Origin: Macrostomum hystrix
Taxonomy: Eukaryota > Animalia > Platyhelminthes
DNA: 64,000 nt
Assembly: GCA_950097015.1 (NCBI GenBank)
Contig: CATNEN010000003.1
Coordinates: 992,001 to 1,056,000, forward strand
Reading direction: 5' to 3'
Under the pieces are notes generated by a model, which saw only the letters and a list, made by a program, of their open reading frames with translations, did no database searches and was not told the DNA's origin. Positions 61,300 through 64,000 of this stretch are shown piece after piece. The number at the start of each line of letters is the position of its first letter. The stretch's first letter is position 1. The position numbers and the translations under genes were made by a program.

Positions 61300-63564
61300 T
61301 TCAATCAGCGACCTTCACCTGCATTTCGACCCACCCAGTGCTCAAAATAGACCTGAGCGGGCCAGACCGGCTGACCTGACGGCCTTGGAAGCAATGACGC
61401 AGAGACCGAGAGACTGTGCACCCTATCAGCCTGCGAACTCGTGCCAAGAAAGCTCGCGGCTGGTGTGTTGGGTGGGGGACCATGGCAACGCGGGGCAGAG
61501 AGATAACTGCTTGTGTGTAAAGCGCTCCGACCCCCCTACTGCAAAACACGGTGCAGTGCTCCAGCACTGAAGCTTTGAGATGTGAGTCTCACACTTATAA
61601 TTGTTGGCCTCTGTGGTCAGTACTAGTTCAAGTCTTTCGGTTAGTGTCGGCAGAAGGTCGCAGGCGGCACATAAACCTGCTAAACATACTGTCAAATTTT
61701 CGTTCAGGAAATCACAGACTGGTCTGTGAAACGATGCGTTCTGTTCGCCCGAAAATCCCTTATGAACAGAGACTTTAGCCTAAGTGCAAAGTCGGGGTAA
61801 GAAATGAAGTACATTGTCTTTTCCGGTGCAACTGGGATCCATATAAGGTGGTCAGGGAACATTTCATTGGAGACATTTCATCCATTGTGAATAGCTTTCG
61901 TAGTCTCACATCTGAAGACAAAAACCTTTTTAATAGTAGAAGAAAATACGGAACAGGAACAGAATAGCTAGAAAAGTAGATAAAAATTAACAAAGATTGC
62001 GCGACTCCAGCTGCCATAGAAAGAGAATGGAAATGTCTATTTTAATATGCCAAACAATATGCCGAACAATACGATTCGAATCGACTAACTCGATCATTCC
62101 GATTCGTGTTTCTTTACAATCTAAATTTTGTTACGCTTGTGTAACATCTAACTATATCGCATATTACCAAATATAATAATCAGCACCTAGCTTATATGCG
62201 TGTTTATTAATAATATAAAAATAATATACTTGTACCCACCATAATTGTCGGTTTCCAAATTGAACTGGACAAAATGCTACTCTTGATTATTTGAGCCAAA
62301 GATGAGGCGTAGTGAGCGAAATCAAAGCGATGCGGCAGTTCCAGTCGTCTTCGAGTCAGTTCCAGAGTGCAGCGCAAGTTTAGATCGAGGCATCCAAACA
62401 GATGATCCATGCGATTTTCAGTTACGGGTTCTAGGTAACAGTCTATAAAATATACATAAATAAGCTCGCAGCTTATTTTAAAATATTGGTGCAACTCGAT
62501 GTCGTTGGCCTCTGAAAGCTGGGCCATGACCGATTGAGTCGTTTTCTAAAATGATTTCGACAAAAATAAATTTGGGTAACTCTCAAAAGCATGAAATTCT
62601 AGTTTTACGAGCGTAATTAATAATGCTTTGAAATTGAATAAAAAGCTCACTAAAAAGGTTGCTCCTTCAACTTTCACGCCCGCAATTCTGCTGTTTCTAG
62701 TTATCGCCACCAGTTTTATCATAGGCGAAAAGCCCTTCTGCTCAAGCAGATCATTTGTACGACTCGGCTGCATTGTGGCAATAAAAAACCTGCTAAGAAG
62801 GTCGCCTTCGTCACCGTATTCGGCCAGAAATTTTTCCAGCTTGGCAAATTCAAGTCTGGAATTATGAATTAGTGAAGGTCGCACCTTGTGCTTATTGATA
62901 CTTGTTGCTTGAGCTTCGAGAAAATTTGCTCCCATTTTTGTGCGACGAACCTCAATAGTACGTTGAATATATAAATTGAGCCTTATCAAGTACATTCCTA
63001 GATGCAACCACCGAATAAGCTAAAACACATTCTGCAGTCAGCATGCTGCAGGCTTCCCCGCATATCATAATAATCACCTCTTAATACTCATTTAACTGCA
63101 CGTTCCGTGCCGCATAGTTAATTATATCTTAACGTTGTTAGTCCTTTTTATCTGTGCAATTTTATACCAGCATCGCGAGTTTTTTACTGATTACAGGCAA
63201 GTACTAAGAAGTTCAACCTACTAAGCTAATTCTAAGCTAATGCTAAGCTAAGTTTAAAAAAAGTAATAGGACACGATTTTTCAATGGAAAAATTTTAAAT
63301 TATTATATTAGTACGGCTCGTAGAAAAGCGACAGAATCTAGCTATCAGCTGCAACTGCTTATTTGCTTACTCGTTTCGCCTGAAGTATACGATAGAATCG
63401 GCCTGAAGGTCGCCTAGACCACACCATTTGAAGAAGGCTTTATCACTTTGAAATGAAATCAGCTCCGAATCTACCGTTGCCGCACTGTACATGAAGTAAG
63501 ACGGTAGTACGAAGAGAAGCTCAAAAACTAAGTTATCGCTGCATAGTGCGTAGACCAGTATCTC
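61300..63564 (-). CDS. Probable further N-terminal exons of the RNF213-like gene (about 63564-63371, 62990-62651, 62545-62237, 61779-61690)
   Basis: Open minus-strand frames bounded by AG/GT sites. The 62651->62545 junction is phase-consistent; the others could not be resolved. Confidence 0.5.
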
Positions 63565-63729
63565 CTGCAGAGCGGGTTTTATTCTGAAAATGGTGAGACA
63601 GGTAGACAGAACGGTTGCAGTCCGTGGTTTGAGTTTATGATTCAATAGGGTTAGAATCTTGGCCCGGGGGAAAACATTTTTTTGTCGCTGAGGAAGACAC
63701 TCCATTCCACATGGCGTTAGTTCAGCTAC

Positions 63730-64000
63730 TGGGGGTCAGTGGGCGGTCTAACGCGTTTGACTCTCGCACCAAGGTCCTGAGCTCGATTCCGCGGCGAGGC
63801 CACAGTAATTTGTTGCGCCGCCAAGGACAATTTACGTCCTTGAGGGCCAACCTCCTACACAGTGAGACAGTGACAGTGAGTGTACCCTGACTGACGATGA
63901 GAAAGCCAGGGCAGATGTACACACAGTGTGAGCGTATGCCTGCGTACGGGATCTGTACGTGTTCGTGCTCAGGAGTCAGCGAAATGGGCAGAATTGGCTC
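63730..64000 (+). mobile_element. tRNA-derived SINE (family B), truncated by the window end
   Basis: Colinear with 16497-16800. Confidence 0.7.

Noticed and set aside
61776-61782. TAGCCTA as a footprint disrupting a coding exon
   Set aside because: More simply the splice acceptor (cacttag|GCT) of an exon.

Overview
Eukaryotic (animal) genomic DNA with spliceosomal GT-AG introns. The innexin N-termini and gene content suggest a free-living flatworm such as Macrostomum; this is an inference, not a search result. From left to right the window holds: a decayed RTE-like LINE; an intact 4-exon secreted PAN/apple-like + fibrinogen-related (FReD) gene and its pseudogenised tandem paralog; a cluster of four innexin genes (two intronless, one with 1 intron, one with 2 introns and a 5.8-kb satellite in intron 1); an FHL2/Limpet-like LIM gene; a CHTOP/FOP gene; and about 24 kb of a giant RNF213 (mysterin)-like AAA+ ATPase / RING / RZ-finger E3 gene whose 5' end is unresolved. 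Non-coding DNA is packed with MITEs, SINEs, a mariner relic, a satellite-carrying Helitron and minisatellites. The most interesting unexplained signals are three. (1) Recurrent TA -> TA-GGCC-TA and TA-CTCG-TA micro-insertions, demonstrable by comparing repeat copies, which look like transposon excision footprints; one type matches the ends of a MITE nested in a copy of itself. (2) An ATG-less, signal-peptide + Cys-rich exon downstream of CHTOP that would be completed by the terminal AUG of a flatworm spliced leader. (3) An RNF213 homolog with an intact RZ finger but a His->Asp RING. All gene models were built by eye.
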